Below are positions 49,559 through 64,000 of a stretch of 64,000 nt of DNA, one piece after another. The notes below the pieces were generated by a model. That model did no database searches and was not told where the DNA came from. It saw nothing but the letters and a program-made list of their open reading frames with translations. Made by a program: the position numbers and the translations under genes. Each line of letters opens with the position of its first letter. The stretch's first letter is position 1. Source of the DNA: the human T2T-CHM13v2.0 reference genome, Homo sapiens; the NCBI RefSeq assembly GCF_009914755.1, contig NC_060935.1, one strand, 5' to 3'.

Positions 49559-50742
49559 TCTTTCTTTCTTTTTTAATCTACTGCAGGTCATCTGTAAGAT
49601 ACAATTAAAACTTACTAGCTAAATGAAATTTAAACTGGCATAGGGAAACACAAGCCTAGTGTTCTATTTTTGGATCCAACCAACAGACATAAAATTACTT
49701 TGTCAAATTGCTGTCAATTCTTCTGACAACTCCTAATTTCTGTACTTGCCTTGGACTGGGAACCAGCTGTTCATGGAAGGGCACTGCTCTAAAGTAGCAC
49801 TGGCCAGGAGCTGCTGTAATAATCCTCTGTCAATGCCCTCCAGCCAAAGACCAACAGGAGCACACCTATTACTGATCAAGTTGGGTTTGTAAAATCACTT
49901 TGCAATAATTTTAAGTGAGAAAATGACAGTGAAAGAGATCTGATCTAACCAATCTTCAACTTGCCTTTAACCTTCAAACTGCCCTTAATCATTCCTGGGC
50001 TTAGGCCAAGATAACTTTGGGAGACATTTAGTTTACAGTTTAAATGATAATAGCCTTTGACCAAAACTAAACCACCTTGGTAAAGCTTATGAAAGGCCAC
50101 TAGGTTAGGAGGCTGTGAGGAGCCTGAATTCGGCTAAGGGATAGACGCAAACATTACCAGCTGTTATTCCGGAGGTCACAGATTTGCAACTTTTCCAATT
50201 ACTCCTGCAGATAACATCATCATTGTAGAATGTAAGAATGACCTTTTGAGATGTCTTTTCAGGTTTTTGCATTTCTGATGACCAATGGGTCTACCTGGAC
50301 CCACCAACCCTCACCAACAGGGCCTGCCAAACTATACTTGAAAAGCCCTGGCCTTCAAATTTTCATGGCAATTGATTTGAGTAATAACTCTGTCTCCCAT
50401 GTGTGGTGGCCAGCATCATGTCAAACTCTTTCTTTATTGCAATGTCATGGTCACAGTGAATTGGTTTTGTCTGTGCAGCGGGCGGGAAGAACCTGTTAGC
50501 AGCAGAATGTATCCTAGTGACACGGCACCAAAGTATGTTGGCTGCGGCAAATCCATATGGGTCTGCAGCAACCTCAATTCTTGCCTCCTCAGAAGAAAGA
50601 ATTCCACGGAGGGGCATAAGGCAGAGTGAGAGACCAAGGAGGGTTTTAGAGCAGGAGTGAAAGTTTATTAAAAAGCTTAAGAGCAGGAAAGAAAGGAAAT
50701 AAAGTACACTTGGAAGAGGGCCAAACAGGTGACTTGAGAGAT

Positions 50743-51755
<1,013 letters not shown>

Positions 51756-52824
51756 AGATCAAGTGCAGGGTTTGACCTTTTGACTTGCTTTTATATGTTG
51801 GCATACTTCCAGGGCCTTGCATTACTTCTGCCCTGATTCTTACCTTGGGGCGTGCTCTCCACATGCGCAGTGCCCTGCCAGTGCTTGGGAGAGGCTGCAT
51901 ACACAGTGTGTTTACTGGAGTTGCACGCATGCTCACTTAAGTCGTTCTTCCCTTACCAGTAGAGTGTTCCTAGAGGAAGGTCCTATAGCAGTTAAGCTCC
52001 ACCATTTTGCCTCTTAGTTCACATGCTTGGACCCATTTGCTCAGTTCCTAAGATCTTATTGGAAAGTTGCTGATCACCAGTTTCAGATTTTTTTCTACCT
52101 ATTGGGGAACTGCCTTTCCCCTGGCACTGGCTGTGACCAATTATCATTTTAGAGAGATGGTTAACAACCACCTGACCATCACCTGATGGTTGCCTGATAT
52201 TCCCGGTGGTGTTGGGGGTGGGGGGTCCTCTGCTGCCCTGCTCATGTCTGACTAGTTACCTACTGTAACAAGCCCATTAGGTGGTTACGTTTATAGCAAG
52301 GCAGATTGCACATCCTGGGACATCTTAGTAGAAGCGAGTGAGAAAGGCTTATTTTAGGATTTGGGCTTGTATTAGGTGATACTGAAAAGTGGAGCTTTGC
52401 CAGGATTGGTTGCTGTCAAGGGAGTAGAGGCAATTTTATGACTGGGTATTTTAACAAATCTTATTGAAGGGGGCAGGAATAAACTGAGTCTAAAACTTTA
52501 ATTGGCAGAGGCAAGATCCTCTCGTATTAGCTAGGATGGGGGATATTTTGGTTATTTTTGTGGTTTGGACATGTTTGTTTTTCTGTTCAGACATCGTGAT
52601 GGAGTGCTCTTGTTTTTGTCATGATCACAGAGTGCTCTGGTCTGACGTTGATGTTCAGTGAAACTGTTTATGTTCCACACCAAGGCCTACATATGAGTGC
52701 CAGGCCAGCTTTCAGTTGTCAGGGGCTGCTTTTTCCTTTCTTATCTCTATGGGGTGATATAGTTCCTGTAAGGGTAAAAACTTTGGAAGGATAAAGGAAC
52801 AAAATGTGGTGGATTGCTATAGAG

Positions 52825-53010
52825 GACTAGCATTGATCCTCAAACTTTGACATGCATCAGAATCTCCTGGCAGACCTATGAAAATATGGGGGCTGCCCCC
52901 TCCGCCAGAGTTTCTGATTCAGTAGGTCTAATGTGAGACTTGAAAATTTGCATTTCTAACCAGTCCTCAGGTGTTGTCTATGCTACCAGACCACACTTTG
53001 AAAACCACTG
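52825..53010. mobile_element. MER5A-like DNA transposon relic
   Basis: CTCAAACTT...GCATCAGAATC...CCACACTTTGAAAACCACTG. Confidence 0.8.
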
Positions 53011-53074
53011 AAGTAGATGGAAGTATCAAAAGTGAGGATGATTACAGTGTAAGAAAACTGACCCAATAGGGTTA

Positions 53075-53468
<394 letters not shown>

Positions 53469-55324
53469 CTATTTTAAATTACCAGTCTTTCAGAGGGAAG
53501 AGTATATAAGAAGATTCTTCCCAAAATAATTTGTGCAAATTGTTGACAGCCGAAGTTTGTAATGCACATAAAAGTAAAACTTTTATGTGTTTATTGTTCA
53601 TTTTCCAGGAAGTTCTCAATTACAAATAGGCAGATTTATTTTAGGGAAACAGATTAGTAAAACCAGTTTTTCACTAGATTATTTACAAATTGTCTCACTA
53701 TACGTTATACATATTACATGCAAAGGAGGCCTTATGATCCTTTTTTAACTATTCTCTCATCAATATTAAGATAGAATTCTTTAAAAGGAATGTAACTGCT
53801 CACCCTTTTGAAGTGTTTAAATGTCTTCACTAAAAATTTGACATTTTCTACTTGATTTGGTTTACTTTTTCCTGAAAAAAGTGAACACAGTGAAAGGAAG
53901 TGATAAATAGGGATGCAAATGGGTTATCCTTTCTTGTTCTAAAAAATTAGTCTTAAGTTTATTTTTCTCTCTATAGGAGATAAAAGATGTATGACATGGA
54001 CCCCTTATGGTTTAAGCTGAATTGCCTCTGTCTTATAATTTTTACTGAGATTCAGTTTATGTTTGACCTAAAAAATTTAAGTATCATACAAAGAGTTTAT
54101 ATAAGAACTTAATATAATTTTCTATAGCTCTTTTAACAAGTTGTAAACTATTTTATTAACCCTTTCTTTAAAAGGCTACCAAGAAGCTGATAATTCATGA
54201 GAAACAGATAAAATGACTATAAATTATTCCTCTCAAATAGGACATTTGGCCCTCTTTCTAAAATAATTTCATCATCTCTTTAGAGAGAATAAATAGTCTT
54301 TGGCAGGGAGCTAGATCTTGCAGATCTAACAGGGGGTTTTCCGTGTTGCATCAGAATAAGAATTCAAATAGAATAAGATAATTAACTTGAAATTCCAGGC
54401 TTGGGTCCACTCCTGACTATCTACTGGACCAGGAGCCTGTCTTGTGCCTTGCTCTGATGAGTAATTAACTTCAGTTTCTTCATTTGTGAAGTAAAGGGCT
54501 TAGACTAGATCATCTTTAGGGATTCCCTGAGCTCTGAAATGTTTACACTGTTAGAATAGGCCTAAGGCTATCAGTTTCAATTATGTTGTACTCATCTGTT
54601 TCACAGCTCTTCTTGAATATTTTGTTCAATATCAGAAGGATGTTGAGAACAGGGCATGTAAGGAGATGGTGAAAGGTCTAGGAACATGTTAGTAAGAATT
54701 GGAGGAACGGAGCTTGGAAAAGTGGTTCAGGGTGGGAGAAGTATGAGATCTTTTTCTCTGAAAAATATGGAATCTCTCATGTGAAGAAGGCAAACATGTA
54801 TTCCAAGAACAATGGGTGAAACTTGCAAGGAGACAATTTCAGTTCCTATATACCCCTTTATCTCCAACTTCCAGTCCCTGATCCTCCAGAAGATCTTTTG
54901 ATCTCTGGGCCACTGGCTTAAACTCTCCTCCAAATCCAGTCCCACCTCCTCCACAAATTTTTATGTAAGTTCTAAAACTCCAGCTTCCCTAGAAAATCCT
55001 TTAAACATCAACTGCCTGCTTTATCTTTCCTTTCCTTGCAAAATTTTCAGAGAGCACTCCAGCCTGATCTCTAGGCTCAGAGTATACAGGTCACTTGTGT
55101 CAATGCTGACAGCCAGAAAATAAACCTGGCACAGGCCCTGGTACGTGCAGCTAGTCTTGCTTTGCTGTACCTTACAACTCCTCCTACTTCCTGGTGTTCT
55201 GTAATCAGACTCCTCAGCCACAGACCTTCCTATACAATGCCTCCTGTGAATATATCCTGGATCCCTACTGCAAAGAATTCATGTCCCTTGGACAGAAACA
55301 GATCTTCTAAATTACAAAGCCCTT

Positions 55325-56162
55325 TTGTCTCCACTTTTGAAAGAGCCTATCAAATTTAGAGAGGAGTTAGAAAGATTAGTGGCCATTTATAACCCCATTC
55401 ATAGGAACCTCCACTGGCTACTAAGGGGTGTTCTTTACACCCATGATTATACTGTGGTTATCAGACATTCCAGAAAGCCCCCAAATGAATGTCTTACCTC
55501 TAGAGGGAATAAGTGGCCAGAACTTCTCCCAGGTCCTCCTACAATTGACCAGGAAATGGCTGAGTTATGGGGCCTGATAGGGACAATATTAGAGGCCTTT
55601 TCCTCTAAGGTGAAGTGGTCTAGGGTTGAATTATGTACTCAGAAGAAAGGGGAACATCTTAAGGCCTATATGGAATGATTTATACAAACTTTTGAAAGGT
55701 TCACTGCATTAAATTCTGAAGCCCTAGGACATGAACAATTTTTAAATTCTGCCTTGGTTAGAAATCACCCTGATACAAAGAGGCAAATCCAAAATAGTGT
55801 CATTGGCTGGACAGGTCATTCTCTGAATGTTATTATAGAAGGAGCTATGCAATTCTTTAAAAATAACTTGCAGGAAAATAAGAGGAAAAACGGATTAAAG
55901 TCAATAGTACTTGCTTTGAAAATTGATTCTTTACAAAAACAAAATCATAACTCCAGGGAAAACTCAAAACCCACTCACCTTTCTCCCCAACCACAGAGCT
56001 TTGTCTTCAGATGTTTGCAGATATTGTAAAAAACAAGGGCATTGGAAAAACAGCTGTCCTAGACTTATGAGAAAGGAAAGCTTAAATAACAATCTCCCTA
56101 GACCCCAGCACCTTCACAAGGTCAGCTTTCTCTCTTCTGTGGGACAATACCCCATCGATTGA
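55325..56162 (+). pseudogene. ERV gag remnant (capsid and zinc knuckle)
   Basis: MHR-like CTQKKGEHLKAYME; CCHC knuckle CRYCKKQGHWKNSC. Confidence 0.85.
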
Positions 56163-56525
56163 TGGGGTCAGCTAATTTTCAGTCACCCCCTAGATCCCAC
56201 TATTAAACTTACAGTAGAGGATTGGGAACTGAAATTCTCTTTCTTTTTTTATAAGAGACAAACTCTAGCTATGTTGCACAGACTGGACTCCTGGGCTCAA
56301 GCAATCCTCCTGTCTCAGCCTCAGACTATAGACATGGGCCACAGGGCCAGCTGGGAACTGTAATACTTAATTGCCACTGGTGCAACTGTCCCTACCATCT
56401 GCTCAGAGGATCTCTCTCCCTGTCACCTCTGCTTCTATTCAAGCTATTGGAGTTTCTGGGCAACGTATTTCATTGCCCATGTATCAGGCCACTGCAATAC
56501 CCTTAGGCCTTCTTAACACCCATCA

Positions 56526-57092
56526 TGTAACTCTAATAGATTCATTGCCCAATGTATACAGCAAATCAATATGCAGAGACACATATTGGGGGCAGCAGAG
56601 AAAGAGGTTTAATTGTAGGGCCACCAAACGAGGAGATGAGAGGAAACCTCAAATCCACCTCCCTGAGGATTTTGGGGTTAGGGTTTTTAAGGATTTTGGA
56701 GTAGGCCAAAGTGTGGAGATTGTTGATTGGTTGAAGGGTACAGGGTAAACTAATGACATGGGAGTTGAAGAAGCTGTATTTTCATGCTGATCCCATTCCT
56801 CTATGCTGGAATTCAGGGTATGAAACAAAACGTATGATTCTTATGTCAGAGATCCTGTCTGTAGGAATAATGGGGATGCAAATCAACTCTTAAACAGTCT
56901 TACAACCCTAATGTCAGCAATCCTATCCAGAGGAACAATGTGGTTACATCTGCAGATGCTCAGATTCTAGTGCTATGTGCCTTTCAGCAACAAGGAAGTG
57001 GGCCAAAGTGCAGCCTGATTAATGCTGAATTATAATTGTATTTCTCTAGAAACCAATATGCAATGCTTGTCAACCCTGTGGGAGTGTTTTCA
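56526..57092 (-). mobile_element. ERV1 (MER4-group) solo LTR inserted in the protease
   Basis: TG...CA ends; near-TSD ATCA/GTCA; the protease reading continues across it. Confidence 0.75.
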
Positions 57093-57412
57093 GTCAAGGT
57101 TTTCTAGTTTCTGAGTCCTCACCAACAAACCTGTTAGGTGGAGATGTGTTATACAATGTAAAGAGAGAAGCATTTTTATTTCCCTGGCCTTAGACTTCCT
57201 CCTTTCCCTAATGGAAATTCATCTTGATTTTAAATCCTCTGAAGAGGAAGCAACCTTTAAAGATGTCTCAACTCATCTCCCAGCCTCACATGCCAATGAG
57301 ATTGAATTGCTACTGTGTGTGGAGCCTGTAGTTATTGCCTGGAAAAGAATAAATCTTTCCTGATAGTAGCTCAGTATGCCCTCTCACAAAATGCAGAGCA
57401 AGAAATTAAACC

Positions 57413-57855
57413 TGAGAAAGAAAGAAAAAAAAAAACCCTTTTTATCTAAGGAATGCAAACTCCTTTAAATTATCAGGCCCAGAGAGGTATTTATAATATA
57501 ACAGCAGTCAGGTTTCATTCGCCCTTGAGCTAAAGAATTACCTCTTGAAGCTATATGTGCTATATGAGCTATAGACTAACTGATGCCATACAGCCATAAG
57601 ATGTCATATACCCTATAGTTTAACAACGTATAGACAATCACTAACCAATGTGTTTCTGTAAATCAGTGAGAATTCTTGATGAACGTATTTTGTAATCACT
57701 CCCTCTCCTGATTCGTCCTTTTTCTTTAAAAACTTGAGCCTTTCCTTTGTTCTCCCAAAGGCTTGCCAAGGCAACCTGGAATCAGGCTGCAATCCTCAGC
57801 CTTGGCACAGAAAAACTCTTTAATTTTGCCTCAGCTTCTTCCTTTTAGGTCAACA
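57413..57855 (+). mobile_element. ERV1 solo LTR (MER84/MER87-like) inserted at the start of RT
   Basis: TGAGAAAG...GGTCAACA; near-TSD AACC/AACT; QYALSQNAEQEIK|IIDCLL continues across it. Confidence 0.72.
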
Positions 57856-60134
57856 AACTTATAATAGACTGTCTTTTACAGAGGGTGTTCTTGTCTTTAT
57901 TTCCTTCCTTACTCTGTAATACCTTAATCTTGCCAGTAAAGAAATAAGGAACATTTGATTCAGACAGGAATAAAATCTATTGATTTGTACAAGATCTAAG
58001 AGCCCATAAACTCCTTTGTGATTTTTCACCACCCCTTAGTCCCTAATCCAGCTGACATTTCTACTTCAATTTCTGCTGATACAGCCTGATTTACAATGAT
58101 TGACATCTGCTCAATTTTCTGTTCAATTCCATTGCGCCCTGACTCAAAATTTCTCTTTACATTTACATTTAGAGGGAGAAAATGAACATGAACTCATATA
58201 GGTCAGGGATACCATGAGTCCTTTTCAGTGTTTTCCCGAGTCCTTAAAGTCAGCTTAGACTCTGTGTCCTTTACCCAAGGCTCTACTCTTGTTCATTATT
58301 CCGATATGATCTTTTAGTTTGTTACTGAACTAAGCAACCCACTCTTCCAGACTCCCTCATTTTCCTAAAGGCACTAGCTCAACAGAGGCCATAAAGCCTT
58401 CCAACCTAAACTTCAGTGGGTGCAAATAACTGTTACTTATGTAGGATTGAATTGCTAGGTTGTCATATCTCAGAGCACTCAAAAGCTCGCCCCAAAATGC
58501 CTAGAGTCAGTTTTGTGCATTCCCCTCCCAAAAAAACATCTATGTAAATTTCTAGGAGCAGCTAGTTATTGCCACCAATATATTCCTAATTTTGTTGCCT
58601 TTGCTAAGCTCCTTTATACCCTCCTCCCAGATATTAATTCTGAGCCCATTTTCTTGGCCTGCAGATCCATAAATCTCCTCCGGAGCCTTAAAATTAACAT
58701 CCACATCCCCTGCTCTCAGCTAACCTGATTTTGACAGACCTTTTCGCCCATCTCGCCATGACACAATGGGATTGCTGCAGATATTCGGAACAATTTTTTT
58801 GCCTCTCTGATACACCCTGTAGCATATTTCTCATGTCAATTGGACCCCCATGCCGATGTGCAGTAGCCACAGCTACCACCCTAATAATTGACAAAGCCAG
58901 CATATTCTGATATTACACTCCTTCATTCATCCATATGTTCCCCATGCTGCCTGTTCTCTTACAAGTTCATAAGATACAGCACCTTTCTCCAGATGGCAGG
59001 CCACCTATGCACAGGCCCTGTTTACCAGCTCCTCCATCATGTTGCATTGTTGTAACACTTTAAATCCAGCTGTTCTACTGCCCCTGCCTGATGATGGAGA
59101 GCCTCACTCCATTCAATATGATTGCCTTGCAGCTATAGAAAAGGTCTCAAAGCCACAAGAAGACCTCCTAGATACTCCTTTAGACAATCCAGACTTATTT
59201 CTATTTTGTAATGGCTTCTGTGGATGACATTTCCAGGAAACATAACTGTGAAGCCATAGTTTTCCCTTGTGAAACACTTCGGGCATCCTCTTTGTCCACT
59301 GTAAAGTCAGCCCAAGCTGCCGAATGTATAGATCTTGCTAGAGCTGGTGTAATGGCAAAAGGAAAAATTGCCACTATTTACCCTGACTCCAGATATGCTT
59401 TGGGTGTCTGCCACACTATTGGCAATCTGGAAGTCCAGCAGATTCTTAACTTCTGCTGATAATCCTATTTCCAATTAGCATATAATTGCTGCTCTATTAC
59501 AGGCTGTTCACCTCCCTATTCAAATTGCTATTGCTCATTGTTCAGCTCACCCTAAGGAGACTGATAGTATATCTCTAGGGAACGAGAGGGTGGAGAAGGC
59601 CACTAAGAATGCAGCCCCAAAGAACCCTCCTATTCTTTTCCACCCTTTATTAACCTGCCTTTATTGCTTACTGGTGTTATTGATTACCAGAGAATGGGCA
59701 CAGTGCGACAAACAAACAAACAAACAAACAAAAAACCCACAAATGAATACAAAAGAATGTCAGATAATTATCAGGTGTATTATACATGGGGCCAATGGAG
59801 TTCCTGTGGCCCCCCTTTTTTTAACTTCTTGGCTTGAAGCACTTATCTCCCTTCAGATGGGACATATGTACAGACAGAGGATAGTTAAGGAATGAAAAGA
59901 TAATTGGTTTTGCCTTGGTATTTACAAAATTTCTAACTGAATTATTCTCAGTGCACTTCTAATAAATCCCATCAGATTTTTGGAGGAGACCAACGTGCCT
60001 CAGCAAGTCCTCTAAGACATTAGGCTTTAGGCTCTTCTTACTGTTTGATTGTTGTCTGTATGTTTAGTGGATGGATTGAACGCTATCTGACTAGATGTGC
60101 TGACACCATGACAGTGGTAAAGAAATTAATAACA

Positions 60135-60580
60135 GGTCAGGCGTGGTGGCTCACGCCTGTAATCCCAGCACTTTGGGAGGCTGAGGCAGGTGGATGATTT
60201 GGGGTCAGGAGTTTGATACCAGCCTGGCCAACATTGTAGAACCCCATCTGTACAAAAAATACAAAAATTACCCTGGTCTGGTGGCGCATGCCTTTAATCC
60301 CAACACTATGGGAGGCTGAGGCAGGTGGATCATCTGGGTCAGGAGTTCGATACCAGCCTGGCCAACATGGCAGAACCCCATCTTCACAAAAAATACAAAA
60401 ATTTGCCTGGTGTGGTGGTGCATGCCTGTAGTCCTAGCTTCTTGGGAGGGTGAGGCAGGAAACTTGAGCCTGGGAGATGGAGGTTGCAGTGAGCTGAGAT
60501 CGTGCCATTGCATTCCAGCCTGGGAGACAGAGCAAGACTCTGTCTCAAAAATAAATTAATCAATTAATAAATAATAAATA
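60135..60580 (+). mobile_element. Trimeric Alu (left arm duplicated)
   Basis: Two left arms followed by a right arm and A-rich tail. Confidence 0.9.
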
Positions 60581-60793
60581 ACAGATCATTCTTCATTTGG
60601 ATGTTCTATTATAGATTCAATCAGACCACTGGAACTTATTTTACAGCAGAAATAAAACAGTTGTTTGCAAAAGTTCTAGGATATTCATTGAAATTTAATA
60701 CCCTATATCATTCCCAATCCTCAGAGCAAGTGGAATGTAAACACTGAGACACAAAAGTAACTTTAGGACAAGTCTGTCAAGAAATTGGACTTA

Positions 60794-61109
<316 letters not shown>

Positions 61110-61899
61110 TTATAAAAATCTAGAATACTCCAAATAGAAGACATGGATTAACCTCTTTTGAAATAGTGTTTGGTTGCCCCATGCCTACTGGCAGCTCTAA
61201 ACCTTCCATTTCTGGATTGAATGAACATTACAGGGACTTCAGTGAACAATTTGACGCTATGACTAGATATACACAGACCCTATTACATTTAGAGCATATC
61301 ATCAACAGGTAAAAGGGGCATGGCTTCTGCTGACTGACAGACCTTACTATAAACCTTTTGACTGGGAAATCAGAGTACATCAAGGCTTTTAGAAGAAAAC
61401 ATATGCTGTCACCTAACTGGGAATGTCCTTGCAAAGTACCACTGACCACCTACACTGTATCAAAATAAAAGAAAAATCCTCCTGGATTCGTGCAAGTCAT
61501 GCCAAACCAGACCCAGATTACCACTCCCAGGGCAATTGGAAGACCGTCCCTACAGGTGACCTTTAAGTAAGGATTTCCAGAGTCGAGACCCAGGCCCAGG
61601 AAGCAAACAATATCATGAAGTAGACAGTTTTTCCCAAGATCACAGATCAAGAAACTTTGCTTACACCTATTAATATTTTCTTCCTCTTTTCAGCCTCTCA
61701 AATTCAATAAATATAAAAACAACAAGAGATCAGAAAACAACAAACAAACCCTCTTCCTTCACCACAGACTACCTATGAACAGACCTGTTCACCAATCCCT
61801 CCATCGTGTTGACTTATTGGCCTTTTATTTAAGGGCTGACTGTGGAGATTATTGTCTCTGTCTCTTCGATTGGCCCTCCGATCCTCCACTATGACCTTT

Positions 61900-63800
61900 T
61901 TTTGAAACTGTGTCTCTCTTTTATTAACCCTGACAGTTTTCTCAACAGGTTAAGTGCAGACCTAACTCCCCTTACACCAGTTTTCCAAACTTGGCCACAT
62001 TAACTAATCTGATTGCTGGTTATGCCAGTGCCATCCAGATTATGCAAAATAACCTAACTAATTTCTGCCAGTGCAAGTGCCTGGTGGACCAACTTGGCAA
62101 ATGGATGTATGACAGGGTATGGTATCAATGACCAAGAAAATAATATCACTGGACACAGTGGCTCACACCTGTAATCCCAGCAGTTTGGGAGGTTTAAGCG
62201 AGTGGAGTTCAAGACCAGCCTGGGCAACATGGTGAGACCCCATCTCCACAAAAATATGCAAAAAGTTAGCTGGGTGTGGTGTTCTGTTCCTGTAGTCCCA
62301 GCTACTCGGGAGGCTGAGGTGGGAAGATTGCTTGAGCCCAGGAGGCTGAGGCTATCATGAGCTGTGATTATGCCACTGCACTCCAGCGTGGGTGACAGAG
62401 TGAGACCCTGTCTCAAAGAAAAAAAGAGAAAAGAAAATAATATCTTTCTACTTCTTTTGGTGAGTTAATTTGATAGAGAAAAATCTCTGTGAAGCTTGAA
62501 GGCTCTCCTTTGCTCAAGTAAGTCATTAAAGGGACATTTTTTCCTTTGTATGGAAAATAATCGTGGTGCTGGACCCTTCCTGGGTGACATACCAAGGGTA
62601 TACTGGAACCAAATCCTGTGGTTTGTTCTATAGGTGACATCTTCAACCTCTCATGAAGGTCACAGATGGTCCTGGCACTGACTCTTGTGATACAAGCACT
62701 TGTCAAATCACTGGATGTCATAGCTGGCCTACAAGCCAGCCCTGTGCAACGCAGGGTAGTTCAGCCCCTAACTGGGCTTCCAAAAACCAAAGATTATATA
62801 TGAATAAACCAAAGATGTAGATTAACTTGGTCAGATGACAAAACCACACCTTATAGCTGCCAAAGCCAAACTGCAGGACTCCTATATCAGGTATTCTGCA
62901 GCAGTTCTGCTCCTACAGACTAACAGGGACATAGGAAGATGGGGATGTGCAGATGCCAACATGACATGTGTCAAAACATAACAAACTCCAGACTGGTGGG
63001 TCACAAGTTCCACTCTAACCTCATCCATGAACAACACTGGTCTTTTTATCTTATGTGGCAACAAAGTATATATGGTATTCCCATCTATATGGTCAGGATG
63101 ATGCAGACTCGAATATCCGATGCCTCCCATTGCCAGATACTCCACTTTAAATGCCAGTCAGATTACAAGTGTGGGCTCAGCTGTTGACAAAGTAGTGCCA
63201 CACAAATGTACCAGAAGTGACATTATGGAAAACTCATTTGTATATCACAATTCTAAGTTCTCTTCAGTATTGAGATCTTGTTCCTGGGCTTTGGAACTTA
63301 CTTTTTGGAAAAGGCCATTCTAAGTCTTTCTATAGTAATGCACAAGAGTTCAGTATTACTATGCAAACATTGGAAGCACTCCAATCAGAAGTTAAATTTA
63401 TGCTAGAGCCCAGGAGTTCAAGGCTGCAGTGAACTGTGATCATGCTATTTCACTCCAAAATTGTCAGGGACTAGATTCACTAACAGTCAGACTAGGAGGA
63501 GCTTGCTTGATCATTGGTGAAGAAAGCTGCTTCTATGTAAAGAACTTAGGACAAATAGTGTTTAATTGGCACCATTTAAAGGGCAAGATAAATATTAATT
63601 CTCCCCATCAGATAAATGAGGCTCACGATTTTAATGGACTGACCTATTTCTAGGGATGGGAGACTGGCTTAATGGGATATGATGAAATGTCCTTAGATTT
63701 GTTCTTTCCTGATGATTCATACTTGTAATCTATGTTCTTCTCTCCCTTTGCAGATCTCTTGCCACTCAGCTACTAACCCAGTTTTTCTCTCCACCGCCAC
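61900..63800 (+). pseudogene. ERV env remnant, gamma-type, HEMO/MER34-like
   Basis: CWLC at 62014-62025; degenerate furin site KCTRS; GTYFLEKAIL; immunosuppressive domain and CX6CC-like LQNCQGLDSLTVRLGGACLIIGEESCFYV. Confidence 0.85.
62150..62440 (+). mobile_element. Alu (AluJ-like) inside env
   Basis: Dimer with a small left-arm deletion; AAGAAAATAATATC on both flanks. Confidence 0.9.
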
Positions 63801-63852
63801 CTGCTCAGCTTTTAATGTATGAAACTTCTAGGGAAGTTTCAGATGGGAGAAA

Positions 63853-64000
63853 TAAAGGAGTTAAAAACATGCTGCCTCAAAATATGCTCCTCTGGCATAT
63901 TGACTATTATGAAATAAAGGTACTTGAAAAACAGCAGGTGCAAGATCACTCTTTCTTTCTATCTCTTGAAAGCAGGAGATGAAATTCCCATGTGAAAGGT
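63853..64000 (+). mobile_element. 3' LTR start (MER39/MER34-like), runs off the window
   Basis: After the PPT: TAAAGGAGTTAAAAACATGC...CAAAATATGC...GGCATATTGACTATT. Confidence 0.8.

Overview
Human (primate) genomic DNA, not microbial. The window holds the 5' end of TMEM123 (porimin) on the minus strand. That comprises a CpG-island promoter (~29.9-31.5 kb), coding exon 1 (30750-30651, signal peptide), the 57-bp exon 2 (26994-26938) and the first ~27 kb of the long intron 2; exon 3 lies beyond the left edge. Everything else is intronic or upstream sequence dominated by transposable elements: about 20 Alus, a full-length but dead L1PA5/6-type element with a doubled 3' end, a complete THE1 element inside an old L1, several ERV1/ERVL solo LTRs (including a five-layer nest), and a degraded gag-pro-pol-env provirus of the MER34/MER39 type at the right end. 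The most unusual items are: (1) a tailless retrocopy of an unspliced, leader-bearing pre-tRNA-Arg(TCT) with an 18-bp TSD; (2) an env relic resembling HEMO/ERVMER34-1 with a similarly broken furin site; (3) an L1-L1 chimeric 3' end under one TSD; (4) a 108-bp dispersed direct repeat; (5) a perfect hairpin created inside an Alu. I found no evidence for a new multi-gene system. Repeat subfamily names come from remembered consensus sequences and need RepeatMasker/Dfam confirmation. Boundaries without a stated TSD are approximate.
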